Below, piece by piece: positions 26,725 through 37,419 of a DNA stretch of 64,000 nt. Source of the DNA: Actinomycetota bacterium (GTDB taxonomy: Bacteria; Actinomycetota; Actinomycetes; Nanopelagicales; Nanopelagicaceae); assembly GCA_947372915.1 (NCBI GenBank), contig CANBVO010000001.1, forward strand, positions 13,907 through 77,906. The letters are read 5' to 3'. The notes under the pieces were generated by a model. That model made no database searches and was not told the origin of the DNA. It saw only the letters and a list, made by a program, of their open reading frames with translations. Position 1 is the first letter of the stretch, and each line of letters opens with the position of its first letter. A program made the translations under genes and the position numbers.

Positions 26725-27618
26725 TTGCCAGAACCTGAGAGGATGAGCGCCGTGAAGAGCTCTCCTATATCTCCCTACATCGCGCTAATGAAACTTCGCG
26801 TGGTGGAGCTACTTCTTGTCACCACACTTCCAGCACTTTTCTTGGCCGCCAAAGGCGTGCCCGGGCTAAAAGTCACCGTCGCCACTTTGATTGGCGGAAC
26901 ACTTGCGGCTGGTGCATCCAATGCATTTAACATGATTATTGAAGTTGATTCTGACCGCCTGATGGATCGAACATCTAAGCGACCACTTGTTACAGGCCAA
27001 ATAACAGAACAAGCAGCCTTTATTTTTGCTTCAGCGCTCACACTTAGCTCATTAGCAATCTTTAAGATTTTTACAAATACTTACGCCACTGTTCTTACTG
27101 CAGCAGCAATTGTCTTCTATGTTCTCTTTTATACGATTGGGCTAAAGCGACGCACCTCGCAAAATATTGTCTGGGGTGGAATCGCCGGCTGCATGCCAGT
27201 TCTGATTGGTTGGGCCGCCGTTGCTGATGGGCTATCTCTCACTGCTTGGTTATTTTTCTTAGTAATTTTCTTCTGGACGCCACCGCATTTCTGGGCCCTT
27301 GCCATTAAATATAAAGATGATTATGCAGCTGCGGGAATTCCGATGTTGCCAGTTGTTGCATCCATGAAATCGGTCGAAAAGCAGATGTGGTTGCACACAA
27401 TCGGCATGATCATCGCTTCACTTGGCGTTAACTACTCTGAGAAGCTGCCGTGGTGGTGTTGGGTTGTAACCGCACTCTTAGCTGGTGGATTTATCCAGCA
27501 ACTACTGCGCATTCGAAAAGGCGATGGCGGTAAGGCAGCCGCCAAGCTCTTCCAATGGTCGATCACCTATTTGAGCGCTTACTCACTCCTATTAGTGATT
27601 GCGGCCTTACTCAAGTAA
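26725..27618 (+). CDS. ctaB: Protoheme IX farnesyltransferase (heme O synthase)
   Basis: UbiA-family polytopic protein. NMIIEVDSDRLMDRTSKRP and the TPPHFWALA motif. The start is uncertain (TTG 26725 or ATG 26743). Confidence 0.88.
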   Translation: MPEPERMSAVKSSPISPYIALMKLRVVELLLVTTLPALFLAAKGVPGLKVTVATLIGGTLAAGASNAFNMIIEVDSDRLMDRTSKRPLVTGQITEQAAFIFASALTLSSLAIFKIFTNTYATVLTAAAIVFYVLFYTIGLKRRTSQNIVWGGIAGCMPVLIGWAAVADGLSLTAWLFFLVIFFWTPPHFWALAIKYKDDYAAAGIPMLPVVASMKSVEKQMWLHTIGMIIASLGVNYSEKLPWWCWVVTALLAGGFIQQLLRIRKGDGGKAAAKLFQWSITYLSAYSLLLVIAALLK

Positions 27619-27691
27619 CTCTTTTCCTCTCTTTTTCCTGCACCTGAGGATTTAAGTAGATAGCGCCAGCGATGCCCGCTAGATTCAACTC

Positions 27692-28603
27692 ATGAGTCAA
27701 TCAGCAATCACAGTTACAAATCTCAGTAAGAAATATGGAGATCGTGCAGCACTTGCTAATGCAAATTTCGAAGTTCCGCTCGGCACTATCTGCGGATTTG
27801 TTGGCCCCAATGGTTCGGGTAAGACAACGACTATTCGTATGTTGCTGGGGTTGATTTCACCAACCAGCGGAAGTGCAACTGTATTAGGTGAGAGCATCAC
27901 ACATCCTGATAAATATCTGCCTCGAGTCGGCGCAATGATTGAGGGACCAGCTTTCTATCCTGCACTCAGCGGCGAGGAAAATTTACGCGTTCTCGCCAGC
28001 CTGGGTGGCTTTCCGCAGGATCGAGTAGCGCCACTCATTGATCGGGTGGGCTTAACAGATCGCGGTGGCTCCAAGTACAAGACCTATTCATTAGGCATGA
28101 AGCAACGACTTGGAATTGCAGCCGCGCTACTTCCAAATCCAGATTTATTAGTACTGGACGAGCCGACCAATGGTTTAGATCCATCTGGAATTCACGAAGT
28201 CCGCGAACTTATGCGCGATTTAGCAAACCAAGGCACAACCGTCTTTGTCTCTTCACACTTGCTCGGTGAACTTGAGATGATTGCTGAATATCTGGTGATG
28301 CTTCGTGAAGGAAGAGTTATTTATACCGGTAGCACTGCAAATCTCTTATCTGCGCAACAACCAGTCTTAGTTGCAACACCTGAATACGGTGTTGATCTCG
28401 CGCGACTTATTGAGATTGCTCGTTCGCATGGACATGAAGCATCTGTCGTTGACGATCAGGCGCACATAATTAGTGAATCGGATTGGGGCGCCGAACTTAA
28501 TCGTCTTGCTTTCGAAGCTGGCATTACCTTGGCCGCGCTCACCGCAGTTCGACCATCGCTAGAAGAGACCTTCTTTACCTTGACCGAAAAGATAGGGGAG
28601 TAA
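27692..28603 (+). CDS. ABC transporter ATP-binding protein
   Basis: 303 aa with Walker A GPNGSGKTT, signature YSLGMKQRL and Walker B LVLDEPTNGLD. Confidence 0.88.
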   Translation: MSQSAITVTNLSKKYGDRAALANANFEVPLGTICGFVGPNGSGKTTTIRMLLGLISPTSGSATVLGESITHPDKYLPRVGAMIEGPAFYPALSGEENLRVLASLGGFPQDRVAPLIDRVGLTDRGGSKYKTYSLGMKQRLGIAAALLPNPDLLVLDEPTNGLDPSGIHEVRELMRDLANQGTTVFVSSHLLGELEMIAEYLVMLREGRVIYTGSTANLLSAQQPVLVATPEYGVDLARLIEIARSHGHEASVVDDQAHIISESDWGAELNRLAFEAGITLAALTAVRPSLEETFFTLTEKIGE

Positions 28604-28605
28604 TT

Positions 28606-29397
28606 ATGTTGAGATCATTCTTTGCTGAATCCCGTAAGTTACGTCGTCCCACTCTGGCCCTCTCCACACTCTTGACGGTGGCAGCGTTCTCTGTGCTCTT
28701 TACCTCAATTGTTTACTTGCGCATCAAATCTGGCGAACCAAATACCAAGATGGGCGAACGCATCACCGCAACCGAACTCAGCCAATACATCGGACTTGTC
28801 TACGGATTCAAGTTGGTTTCTTTCTTCTTGGGAATCACCGCGCTCTGCATCTTCGCATCTCAGACTGCTCAAGAATATACATTCGGAACTTTACGCAATC
28901 TCTTGGTGCGCCAACCCATTCGCATAAAGATCTTGGCTGGCAAATTTTTAGCCATGAGCTTATTTGCAACCATCATGGTTGCCTTCACCGCAGTGATGAC
29001 TATTGCTACTTCATACGCACTTGCCGGAAAGGGTGGTGTAACAACATCAGCATGGATGAGTGGCGATGCAATCCAATTACTTGGTGAGACCTTCGGAAAT
29101 ATCCTCCTCTCCACTATCGGATTTGGAACCCTAGGAATGATTCTCGGACTTCTCTTTAGATCTCCGATTACTGCAATCTCCATTGGAGTGCTCTGGTCAC
29201 TTATTCTCGAGACAATTCTTGCTGCCGCAATCAGTAGCACCCTGAAGTGGTTGCCGGCACAGAACATCGCCAATATTGCAGAAGGTGGAAGCAGAACGAT
29301 TGGATATTCCCATTCCCTCCTCGTCTCACTCGCTTACCTGGGAGTTGGCTTGGCGGTTGTCTCACTGCTCTTTAAGCGACGAGATGTAGCTAATTAA
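28606..29397 (+). CDS. ABC-2 family transporter permease
   Basis: 263 aa, 6 hydrophobic helices, starts 2 nt after the ATPase gene. Confidence 0.7.
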   Translation: MLRSFFAESRKLRRPTLALSTLLTVAAFSVLFTSIVYLRIKSGEPNTKMGERITATELSQYIGLVYGFKLVSFFLGITALCIFASQTAQEYTFGTLRNLLVRQPIRIKILAGKFLAMSLFATIMVAFTAVMTIATSYALAGKGGVTTSAWMSGDAIQLLGETFGNILLSTIGFGTLGMILGLLFRSPITAISIGVLWSLILETILAAAISSTLKWLPAQNIANIAEGGSRTIGYSHSLLVSLAYLGVGLAVVSLLFKRRDVAN

Positions 29398-29476
29398 TTT
29401 CTGAGCTAAAACTGCGTTTTCATAAAGCGCAATAAGTAGCCGCTGCTTTATTCTTAAACCTCCCCGGGGGTTATTT

Positions 29477-30694
29477 ATGAAGCGCAATTTTGCAGTTCGC
29501 ACCGCTATCGCGATGATGGCTGCGACGACTCTTATCGCTCCTCTTTCGGGCGTCGCTACTGCTAAAACTCCAAAGCCAACGCAAGCACAGATTGATGCGG
29601 CAAAATCCGCCGAAAAAGCTAAGCAGGCAGCAGCCGCCGCAGCGCAAGCAAAGCTAAGTTCTGCAACCAAGACTCTTAATCAATTAGCTGCGGTTGCTAA
29701 TAAAGCAGCAGCTGCCTATCAAAGCGCGTTAAAAGAACTTTCGATTGCCACATCTAAGGCAAATGCAGCAGCAGCGCATGCAGCAGCCGCTCAAGCAGCT
29801 GTCACCGCCGCAAACCGCACAATTGGTAAAACCGCAAGTAGTGCCTACAAAATGGGAAATGGTTTTAGCAATCTCAACTCAGTTCTTAATGCCAACGGCC
29901 CCCAGGATATGGTCGATCGACTTTCTACATTAGAAAAGATCGGCACCGGTGATGCAGTCGTTCTAAAGCGCTTCCAAGCCGCTGAAGCCGCAGCTAAGGC
30001 AGCAAAGATTGAAGCCGATCGTACAAAGGCAGTGCAAGTAGTTGCGACAGCAAAAGTCGCAGCGACCAAGAAAATTGCAGATGACGCCAAAGCGTTACAA
30101 CAAAAAGAAGTTGATAAGTTACGAGCAATTCAAAATAAATTAGCGACCGAACTTGCTAAGGCAAAGAACTTTAGAGTCACCCTCGAACAGCAACGACAGT
30201 TAGCAATTCTCGAAGAGCAAAATGCAAATACCGCTGCTAAGACTCCGGGACAGAAATCAATCTGGCCTAATCGTGGATTCACTGGTCGCTCATCCATTAG
30301 ATCGACCGAAGCAATCCGCTTAAAGGCGGTTGCATATGCAAAAGCACAAGTACTTGCACGTTGGCCATACATCTGGGGTGCGCAAGGTCCTAAGGCTTTC
30401 GACTGTTCAGGACTTGTCTACGCCGCATATCGGGCAGCCGGCTTGGGTTATCCAGAGTGGGGCCGGCTCAATGCTGCGCTCTACTTTGTCGCTACTCAAC
30501 GCGTTCCCCTTAGCCAATTGCAGCCAGGCGATCTCCTCTTTTATTCATACGATGGCTCAGTTCAAAATATCCATCACATCACTATTTACGAAGGCAACGA
30601 GATGATGTGGGAAGCAAACTCCAAGCGGGTGGGCTTGATTCACTCCAATATGTACAGCATCAAGGGGCTCATGCCATTTGGCGGTCGCGTTTAA
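29477..30694 (+). CDS. Secreted NlpC/P60 peptidoglycan endopeptidase with Ala-rich coiled-coil N-domain (RipA-like)
   Basis: 405 aa with a signal peptide, a long AAKA/QAA-rich helical region, and a C-terminal NlpC/P60 domain with catalytic FDCSGLVYAAY and HHITIY. Confidence 0.85.
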   Translation: MKRNFAVRTAIAMMAATTLIAPLSGVATAKTPKPTQAQIDAAKSAEKAKQAAAAAAQAKLSSATKTLNQLAAVANKAAAAYQSALKELSIATSKANAAAAHAAAAQAAVTAANRTIGKTASSAYKMGNGFSNLNSVLNANGPQDMVDRLSTLEKIGTGDAVVLKRFQAAEAAAKAAKIEADRTKAVQVVATAKVAATKKIADDAKALQQKEVDKLRAIQNKLATELAKAKNFRVTLEQQRQLAILEEQNANTAAKTPGQKSIWPNRGFTGRSSIRSTEAIRLKAVAYAKAQVLARWPYIWGAQGPKAFDCSGLVYAAYRAAGLGYPEWGRLNAALYFVATQRVPLSQLQPGDLLFYSYDGSVQNIHHITIYEGNEMMWEANSKRVGLIHSNMYSIKGLMPFGGRV

Positions 30695-30721
30695 TTTAGC
30701 TGCGCCAATAGACTTGCCGGT

Positions 30722-31690
30722 ATGAGCATCACCACCCCTGCACTTCTAGAGGTACGGGCTGCCCTTCGTAAATATTTAGAGTCAATCCCTGAGCATCACA
30801 ACATCCTTGTTGGATGTTCCGGCGGTGCAGATTCACTTGCGCTCACTCGCGCACTTTTCTTAGAGGCTCCTGCCTTTAACCTCACTCTCATTCCGGTAGT
30901 TGTCGATCATGATCTGCAAGCGGGCTCTGCGGAAGTCGCAGCTCGTACTGTCGCTGAACTCAAATCATGGGGAATGGTAAATATCTTTACGGCGAAAGCG
31001 CACGTGGTTATGAATGATGGACTTGAAGCATCTGCCAGACGCGCTCGTTATCAAATTTTCGAACAAGCGATGGAGACATTTGCATCTTCTTATTTCTTTT
31101 TAGCGCACACTCTTAATGACCAAGCTGAATCAGTGCTCTTAGGTCTTGCGCGAGGTTCCGGAACAAAATCTTTATCTGCAATGGCAGATATCAATGGCAA
31201 ATATATTCGGCCACTCCTATCGGTCAATCGCGCAACAACTGAAGCAGCATGCGCCGAGGCCAACATTTCATTTTGGAACGATCCCCATAATCAGAATCAA
31301 AAGTTCACACGGGTACGAGTGCGCGAAAATATTTTGCCCATCATGGAACGAGATTTAGGTCCGGGGATTTCACCGGCGCTTGCCCGCTCTGCCGCAATTC
31401 TTCGTGAAGATGCGGCGGCACTGGATCAGTGGGCAGAAGCGGAATTTGCTGGCTTTGACCCCATCAGCCTTGATTGCCCGAAGCTCCTCGAACTCCCCAA
31501 GGCAATCCGTTCCCGCATCCTTCGCCTGGCCATTTACGCTGCTGGAGCGCCTGTGGGCGGGTTAACGGCCGAACATTTAGCCCCGGTTGAGGCTCTCATC
31601 ACAGATTGGAAGGGCCAGGGGGAGATTTCGCTCCCCGGCGGTGTGAAGGTATCGAGATTTTCGGGCAGACTTTCGCTCTCAAACCCATAA
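30722..31690 (+). CDS. tilS: tRNA(Ile)-lysidine synthase
   Basis: 322 aa, PP-loop VGCSGGADS, conserved position upstream of hpt-ftsH. Confidence 0.88.
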   Translation: MSITTPALLEVRAALRKYLESIPEHHNILVGCSGGADSLALTRALFLEAPAFNLTLIPVVVDHDLQAGSAEVAARTVAELKSWGMVNIFTAKAHVVMNDGLEASARRARYQIFEQAMETFASSYFFLAHTLNDQAESVLLGLARGSGTKSLSAMADINGKYIRPLLSVNRATTEAACAEANISFWNDPHNQNQKFTRVRVRENILPIMERDLGPGISPALARSAAILREDAAALDQWAEAEFAGFDPISLDCPKLLELPKAIRSRILRLAIYAAGAPVGGLTAEHLAPVEALITDWKGQGEISLPGGVKVSRFSGRLSLSNP

Positions 31691-31700
31691 AAGGAGCACC

Positions 31701-32252
31701 GTGGATCTAGCAACATCAGGTAGCGATATCGAAAAAGTTATTGCTTCGCATGAAGAAATTCTTGCTCGCTTGCAGGAGTTAGCTAGAAAAGTAGAGGTTG
31801 ATTACCAAGGTCGCGACTTACTTCTCATCGGTGTGCTAAAAGGTGCAGTCATGACGATGGCAGATTTTGCACGCGCACTTCAACGACATGTTGAGATGGA
31901 TTGGATGGCAGTCTCCTCGTACGGCTCTGGCACAAAATCCAGCGGCGTAGTTCGCATTCTCAAGGATTTAGATCGCGATATCACCGGTCGCGAAGTATTG
32001 ATCATTGAAGATATTGTCGATACCGGTTTAACGCTCTCTTGGCTCAAGTCCAACCTCGAATCCCGCGGCGCTAAGTCCGTTGAAATTCTCACCATGCTCC
32101 GCAAGCCAGAAGCAGCGAAGGTCGAAGTTGATGTTAAGTATGTTGGTTTTGATATTCCAACCGAATTCGTAGTTGGTTACGGACTTGATTTTGACGAGAA
32201 GTATCGCAACTTAGATTTCATCGGTGTACTAGCGAAACATATGTACGCATAA
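31701..32252 (+). CDS. hpt: Hypoxanthine-guanine phosphoribosyltransferase
   Basis: 183 aa, PRPP motif VLIIEDIVDTGLTL, GTG start. Confidence 0.92.
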   Translation: MDLATSGSDIEKVIASHEEILARLQELARKVEVDYQGRDLLLIGVLKGAVMTMADFARALQRHVEMDWMAVSSYGSGTKSSGVVRILKDLDRDITGREVLIIEDIVDTGLTLSWLKSNLESRGAKSVEILTMLRKPEAAKVEVDVKYVGFDIPTEFVVGYGLDFDEKYRNLDFIGVLAKHMYA

Positions 32253-34339
32253 TGGCTCAACCAAAGAAAAAATCCCCAGCAAAGAAGAGCCCAACTCCTT
32301 CCCCGAAAAAGGTGAAGATCGTTCTTCGCAAACCAAATTTCCGTAAGATTTTGCGCGGTCCACTTTTCTGGATTCTCGTTGCACTCTTTGCAGTTTCAGC
32401 TTTTGGCCGAATTTCAGGCAGTGGTGCGCAGTTTGTAAAGGCCGATACCTCAAAAGTGTTAGCAGCGATTTCGGCGAACAAAGTCGAATCTGCCCGTGTG
32501 ATCGATCGCGACCAACGGATTGAAATTGTCCTTAAATCTGGCAACTTTATTAAGGGTTCCAAGAAGGTCTATGCATCGTATGTCACCGGACAAGAACCGC
32601 AAATTGTTGAACTCTTAACTAGTAATCCGCCACCAAAGGCTTGGGATATTAAAGTTCCCACAACTTCATTTGTAGCAAGCTTGCTAATGAGCTTCCTGCC
32701 ACTTCTGCTGATTACCTTCTTGCTCTTGATGTTTATGGGCAATGCCCAGGGCGGAAAGAAAATCTTTAACTTTGGTCGCTCAAAGGCAAAACTTCAAACA
32801 AAAGAGATGCCGAAGAACACCTTTGCTGATGTAGCTGGCGCCGATGAGGCAGTCGCTGAACTTAAAGAAATCAAGGATTTCCTCGCTGAACCAAAGAAGT
32901 ATCAAGATATGGGAGCAAAGATTCCTAAGGGAGTACTTCTCTATGGCCCTCCCGGAACCGGAAAGACTTTGCTTGCTCGCGCAGTTGCGGGTGAAGCAAA
33001 TGTTCCATTCTTCTCCATCTCTGGCTCTGAGTTCGTTGAAATGTTTGTTGGTGTGGGTGCATCTCGCGTTCGCGATCTCTTCGCGCAAGCAAAAGCTGCC
33101 GCTCCTGCAATTATCTTCGTCGATGAAATTGATGCGGTCGGACGCCAACGCGGCGCAGGTTTAGGTGGCGGTCACGATGAGCGCGAACAAACTCTTAACC
33201 AATTGCTCGTTGAAATGGATGGCTTTGAAGCAAATGGCCAAGTCATTCTCATTGCTGCAACTAACCGTCCTGATGTTTTAGATCCTGCACTACTTCGTCC
33301 GGGACGCTTTGATCGCCAGATTCCAGTCGACCGACCAGACCTCAAGGGTCGTACTGCGATTTTGGAGGTACATGCGAAGGGTAAGCCGCTTGCTAAGTCA
33401 GTTAATCTCTCTGATTTTGCAAAGCGCACACCTGGATTTACTGGCGCAGACCTTGCAAATGTTATTAATGAGGCAACCCTGCTTACCGCCCGCCAAGGTG
33501 GAAAAGTTGTCACTGTCGAAGCACTAGATGAATCCATTGATCGCGTGATGGCAGGCCCACAACGCACGACTCGTTTAATGACCGAAGAAGAGCGTCGTAT
33601 TACCGCGTATCACGAGGGCGGACATGCGCTTGTTGCACATGCACTTCCACATACAGATCCGGTACACAAAATCACAATCATGCCGCGCGGCCGCGCACTT
33701 GGTTACACCATGATTTTGCCCGATGAAGATCGTTACGCAACAACTCGCAACCAGATGCTCGATCAGTTGGCTTATTCATTAGGTGGACGCGCAGCAGAAG
33801 AATTAATCTTCCACGATCCAACCACTGGTGCATCCAACGATATTGAGAAGGCAACTAATCTTGCGCGCGCGATGGTCACTCAATATGGAATGACCGAAAC
33901 AATTGGCGCAATCAAATTAGGCGTCTCTGAAGGCGAACCCTTCTTGGGCCGTAACTACGGTCATCAACGCGACTATTCAGAAGCAGTCGCAGCAGTCGTT
34001 GACTCTGAAATCAGAACTTTGATTGAAAACGCACATCAAGAAGCCTTTGATGTTCTTGTTGCCAACCGCGATATTTTGGATGAATTGGTCGTTGAGCTAC
34101 TTGAGAAGGAAACGTTGCTCAAGGATGAGATTGAGCGAATCTTTGCCAAGGTTCGCGCAGTGAAGCCTCGTCCGGCGTGGACTGGTTCAACTACTCGCGT
34201 TCCCAGCACCCAACCACCAGTTGCGACATCACCAGCAGCTTCCAAGAAGGAAGTAATTGTTGAAGAGGCTGCGGCAATTGAAGTAGCAGAGCCATTGAAG
34301 AAGGCGACGCGAAAGAAAGCTGCACCACCTCGTGAGTGA
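32252..34339 (+). CDS. ftsH: ATP-dependent zinc metalloprotease FtsH
   Basis: 695 aa, two TM helices, AAA+ Walker [12 protein letters not shown], zinc site HEGGHAL. TAATG overlap with hpt. Confidence 0.97.
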   Translation: MAQPKKKSPAKKSPTPSPKKVKIVLRKPNFRKILRGPLFWILVALFAVSAFGRISGSGAQFVKADTSKVLAAISANKVESARVIDRDQRIEIVLKSGNFIKGSKKVYASYVTGQEPQIVELLTSNPPPKAWDIKVPTTSFVASLLMSFLPLLLITFLLLMFMGNAQGGKKIFNFGRSKAKLQTKEMPKNTFADVAGADEAVAELKEIKDFLAEPKKYQDMGAKIPKGVLLYGPPGTGKTLLARAVAGEANVPFFSISGSEFVEMFVGVGASRVRDLFAQAKAAAPAIIFVDEIDAVGRQRGAGLGGGHDEREQTLNQLLVEMDGFEANGQVILIAATNRPDVLDPALLRPGRFDRQIPVDRPDLKGRTAILEVHAKGKPLAKSVNLSDFAKRTPGFTGADLANVINEATLLTARQGGKVVTVEALDESIDRVMAGPQRTTRLMTEEERRITAYHEGGHALVAHALPHTDPVHKITIMPRGRALGYTMILPDEDRYATTRNQMLDQLAYSLGGRAAEELIFHDPTTGASNDIEKATNLARAMVTQYGMTETIGAIKLGVSEGEPFLGRNYGHQRDYSEAVAAVVDSEIRTLIENAHQEAFDVLVANRDILDELVVELLEKETLLKDEIERIFAKVRAVKPRPAWTGSTTRVPSTQPPVATSPAASKKEVIVEEAAAIEVAEPLKKATRKKAAPPRE

Positions 34340-34955
34340 AATTAACTCCATCTCTATGGGGCCATCCGATGGCGGCGCCGCTGGAGAATTCGATCAGGAG
34401 CGAATCGAACGTGCAGTTCGAGAAATTCTGATTGGAATCGGAGAGAACCCTGATCGCGAAGGGTTAGAAGATACGCCAGCACGAGTAGCGCGTGCGATGC
34501 GTGAGAATTTTGGTGGGCTCTTTCAGAAGCCGGCTGATGTTTTGGCCACCACCTTTGATATCGGTCATAGCGAGTTAGTAATTGTTCGCGATATCGAAGT
34601 CTTCTCTCATTGCGAGCATCACCTCACACCATTCCATGGCTTTGCGTACATTGGATATATCCCTGGTGAGAGCGGAAAAATTACCGGCCTCTCTAAACTC
34701 GCGCGGATTGTCGATCTCTATGCAAAACGACCACAAGTGCAAGAGCGCCTCACTACTCAAATAGCTGATGCACTAGTTGAAGGTCTTGATGCTGCAGGCG
34801 TCATTGTTGTTATTGATTGCGAACATCTCTGCATGTCTATGCGCGGAGTTCGTAAATCCCAAGCGAGAACTTTGACCAGCGCCGTCCGTGGCCAATTGCG
34901 CAATCCAGCTACTCGCGCCGAAGCGATGAGCTTAATTACAACTCCTCGCAATTAA
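34332..34955 (+). CDS. folE: GTP cyclohydrolase I
   Basis: 207 aa with the [10 protein letters not shown] and [10 protein letters not shown] zinc-site motifs. The start is uncertain (GTG 34332 overlapping ftsH, or an in-frame ATG at 34356). Confidence 0.93.
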   Translation: MSEINSISMGPSDGGAAGEFDQERIERAVREILIGIGENPDREGLEDTPARVARAMRENFGGLFQKPADVLATTFDIGHSELVIVRDIEVFSHCEHHLTPFHGFAYIGYIPGESGKITGLSKLARIVDLYAKRPQVQERLTTQIADALVEGLDAAGVIVVIDCEHLCMSMRGVRKSQARTLTSAVRGQLRNPATRAEAMSLITTPRN

Positions 34956-35774
34956 TTGTCGGAAAATCTCATGAACGAAAACCGCACCCTAGTAATGGGA
35001 ATTCTTAACATCACACCGGATTCATTTGCAGATGGCGGACGTCATAACACATTTGAACTTGCACTTAAGCGCGCGCACGAAATGATTTCAGAAGGCGTTG
35101 ACATTATCGATGTCGGCGGAGAATCGACTCGGCCAGGCGCAGAGCGAGTATCTCCAGAAGAAGAAATCAACCGCGTCATTCCTATTATTACTGAGCTCAA
35201 AGAAGTTGGTATTCCCACATCTATCGACACTATGCGGGCAACAACTGCCGCCGCCGCAATAAATGTCGGCGTTACTTATGTGAACGATGTAAGTGGTGGC
35301 CTAGCCGATCCCGATATGGCTAAGTTGATTGCTCGAAGTTCTGAGATTCAATATATAGCGATGCATTGGCGTGGCCACTCTGCAAATATGCAAGAAGCGG
35401 CAACTTATAAAGATGTAGTGAAAGAAGTGAAAGATGAGCTCGAAGCTCGCAGCGAGTCGCTCATCAAGGCAGGAATAGATGCTGAACGCATCATCCTCGA
35501 TCCCGGACTTGGTTTTTCAAAGACCGGTGAACACAATTGGGAGATTCTTCGTAATCTTGACCGGCTCTCCTTTCTTGGCTTTCCACTTCTGATTGGTGCA
35601 TCTCGCAAATCATTCTTAGGAACATTGCTGGGTGGCGCGGCTCCTGACGATCGGGAGAGTGCATCAATTGCGATAACTACCGAGATGGCGCGCCAAGGTA
35701 TTTGGGGAGTTCGCACTCATTCAGTAAAGCCCCATCGCGATGCGATTGAAGTTGTGGGAGAGTTAGGCAAATGA
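34956..35774 (+). CDS. folP: Dihydropteroate synthase
   Basis: VMGILNITPDSFADGG, DVGGESTRPG and GASRKSF motifs. The start is TTG 34956 or ATG 34971. Confidence 0.93.
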   Translation: MSENLMNENRTLVMGILNITPDSFADGGRHNTFELALKRAHEMISEGVDIIDVGGESTRPGAERVSPEEEINRVIPIITELKEVGIPTSIDTMRATTAAAAINVGVTYVNDVSGGLADPDMAKLIARSSEIQYIAMHWRGHSANMQEAATYKDVVKEVKDELEARSESLIKAGIDAERIILDPGLGFSKTGEHNWEILRNLDRLSFLGFPLLIGASRKSFLGTLLGGAAPDDRESASIAITTEMARQGIWGVRTHSVKPHRDAIEVVGELGK

Positions 35775-36133
35775 GCGACCACATCTCGATCAGCGGAATA
35801 ACCGCGACTGGCTTCCACGGAGTCTTTCCAGAAGAGCGTCGCGAAGGACAACCATTTTCCTGCGATGTGACTCTGTCCTTTGACCTCGCTCCTGCGGGCG
35901 CAACCGATGAACTTTTACTGACGGTGGATTACGGCGCTGTTGCCAAAGTGGTGGAGGCCGAGATTAAGGGCGAACCCGTTGATCTCATCGAGCGGTTAGC
36001 AACCATCATTGCCGAAAAGATTCTGGAACAATTCTTACTTGTCGATATGGTCGCAGTAACAATTCATAAACCACTCGCACCTGTTGGAGTTAAAGTCTCT
36101 GATATTTCAGTAACTATCGAACGAGTTCGATGA
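35771..36133 (+). CDS. folB: Dihydroneopterin aldolase
   Basis: 120 aa. GFHGVFPEERREGQPF and VDYG motifs, between folP and folK. Confidence 0.9.
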   Translation: MSDHISISGITATGFHGVFPEERREGQPFSCDVTLSFDLAPAGATDELLLTVDYGAVAKVVEAEIKGEPVDLIERLATIIAEKILEQFLLVDMVAVTIHKPLAPVGVKVSDISVTIERVR

Positions 36134-36585
36134 AGGCTGTCATTGCACTGGGCTCCAATATTGGTGATTCCACTGCTCTGCTCGATGAGGCGATTGAGCA
36201 ACTCAATCAAATCATCACAGTTACACACCTCTCTACCTATCTTGAAACCAAACCAGTGGGCGGTCCAGAACAACCCAATTACATAAACGCAGTTCTCATC
36301 GCTGAAAGTGAACTACCACCACTTGATTTACTTCGTTCGATGTTAGAGATTGAGGCAAAACTAGGGCGAACTCGTGAGGTCCGGTGGGGACCTCGCACTA
36401 TTGATTTAGACCTCATCGTCGCCGGAGATGTAGTTATGGATACTCCCGAACTTCAACTTCCGCACCCGCGCGCGCATGAAAGAGCATTTGTTCTCGAACC
36501 CTGGCTTGAAATCGATCCCGATGCCGTTATCCCAGGTCGGGGATTGGTCAGGGACCTTTTGCAAGCAATTCAAGAAGCGGAGTAG
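36130..36585 (+). CDS. folK: 2-amino-4-hydroxy-6-hydroxymethyldihydropteridine pyrophosphokinase
   Basis: 151 aa. ALGSNIGD, WGPRTIDLDL and PHPRAHERAFVL motifs. Confidence 0.92.
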   Translation: MKAVIALGSNIGDSTALLDEAIEQLNQIITVTHLSTYLETKPVGGPEQPNYINAVLIAESELPPLDLLRSMLEIEAKLGRTREVRWGPRTIDLDLIVAGDVVMDTPELQLPHPRAHERAFVLEPWLEIDPDAVIPGRGLVRDLLQAIQEAE

Positions 36586-36624
36586 CCTAAGCACACGAGC
36601 CCGGTACCCGGAAAGGACTGGAGC

Positions 36625-37419
36625 ATGAAACTAGAGCTATTGCACCCGCTGGCATTTGTGCCAACGATGGGCGCGCTTCATGCTGGCCACCAATCCCTCA
36701 TTTCGATGGCAAAGAGTTACGCACCTAACGTTCTAGTGAGTGTCTTCGTCAACCCACTTCAATTCGAAAATCCAGATGATCTGGCGAAGTATCCCCGTGA
36801 TTTAGCAGGCGATGCGGTGAAGGCGGAAAGCGCTGGCGCAACTTTTGTTTGGTCTCCGACCGTCGAAGAAATTTATCCAAGTGAACCTAAAATTATTTCC
36901 GCTGGTGAATTAGGAAATAAGTTTGAAGGGGTTCATCGCTTTGGCCATTTCGATGGCGTACTTACTGTCGTTAAACGACTCTTTGATTTAACCCAACCAG
37001 AATTTGCACTCTTTGGCGAGAAAGATTTTCAGCAACTTTTCCTAATTAAACGTATGGTAAGAGAGCTTGCCTTGCCCATCACCGTTATCGAGGCTCCCAT
37101 CGTGCGAGAAGCAGATGGCTTGGCGATGTCTTCTCGGAATGTGCGGCTCTCTGCCGAAGGTCGGCAAGCAGCGCTCGTCATTTCACGTGCGCTTCATGCA
37201 GCTGCACGCCAGCAAGATTTGGATTCGGCGCGGACATTGCTGCATCAGACCTTGCGCGAAGAGGCGCGTTTTGCCCTCGATTATGCCGAGATTATTGATG
37301 AGGAGAACTTTGAAATTGCATCTAGCGCCACCGCGAAACCTCGCGCGCTAGTAGCTGGCTGGATTAATGATCTTCGGTTGATAGACAATATGCCAATGAA
37401 CTTCGGTGGCCAGCGATGA
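36625..37419 (+). CDS. panC: Pantoate-beta-alanine ligase
   Basis: 264 aa. PTMGALHAGH (HIGH-like), FGEKDFQQ and AMSSRN motifs. Confidence 0.92.
   Translation: MKLELLHPLAFVPTMGALHAGHQSLISMAKSYAPNVLVSVFVNPLQFENPDDLAKYPRDLAGDAVKAESAGATFVWSPTVEEIYPSEPKIISAGELGNKFEGVHRFGHFDGVLTVVKRLFDLTQPEFALFGEKDFQQLFLIKRMVRELALPITVIEAPIVREADGLAMSSRNVRLSAEGRQAALVISRALHAAARQQDLDSARTLLHQTLREEARFALDYAEIIDEENFEIASSATAKPRALVAGWINDLRLIDNMPMNFGGQR

Noticed and set aside
29398-29476. Possible cyclic-di-AMP (ydaO-type) riboswitch upstream of the NlpC/P60 gene, as seen before cell-wall hydrolase genes in some Actinobacteria
   Set aside because: The spacer is only 79 nt. It shows no pseudo-two-fold ydaO architecture, only a short CCCCGGGG palindrome overlapping the SD.
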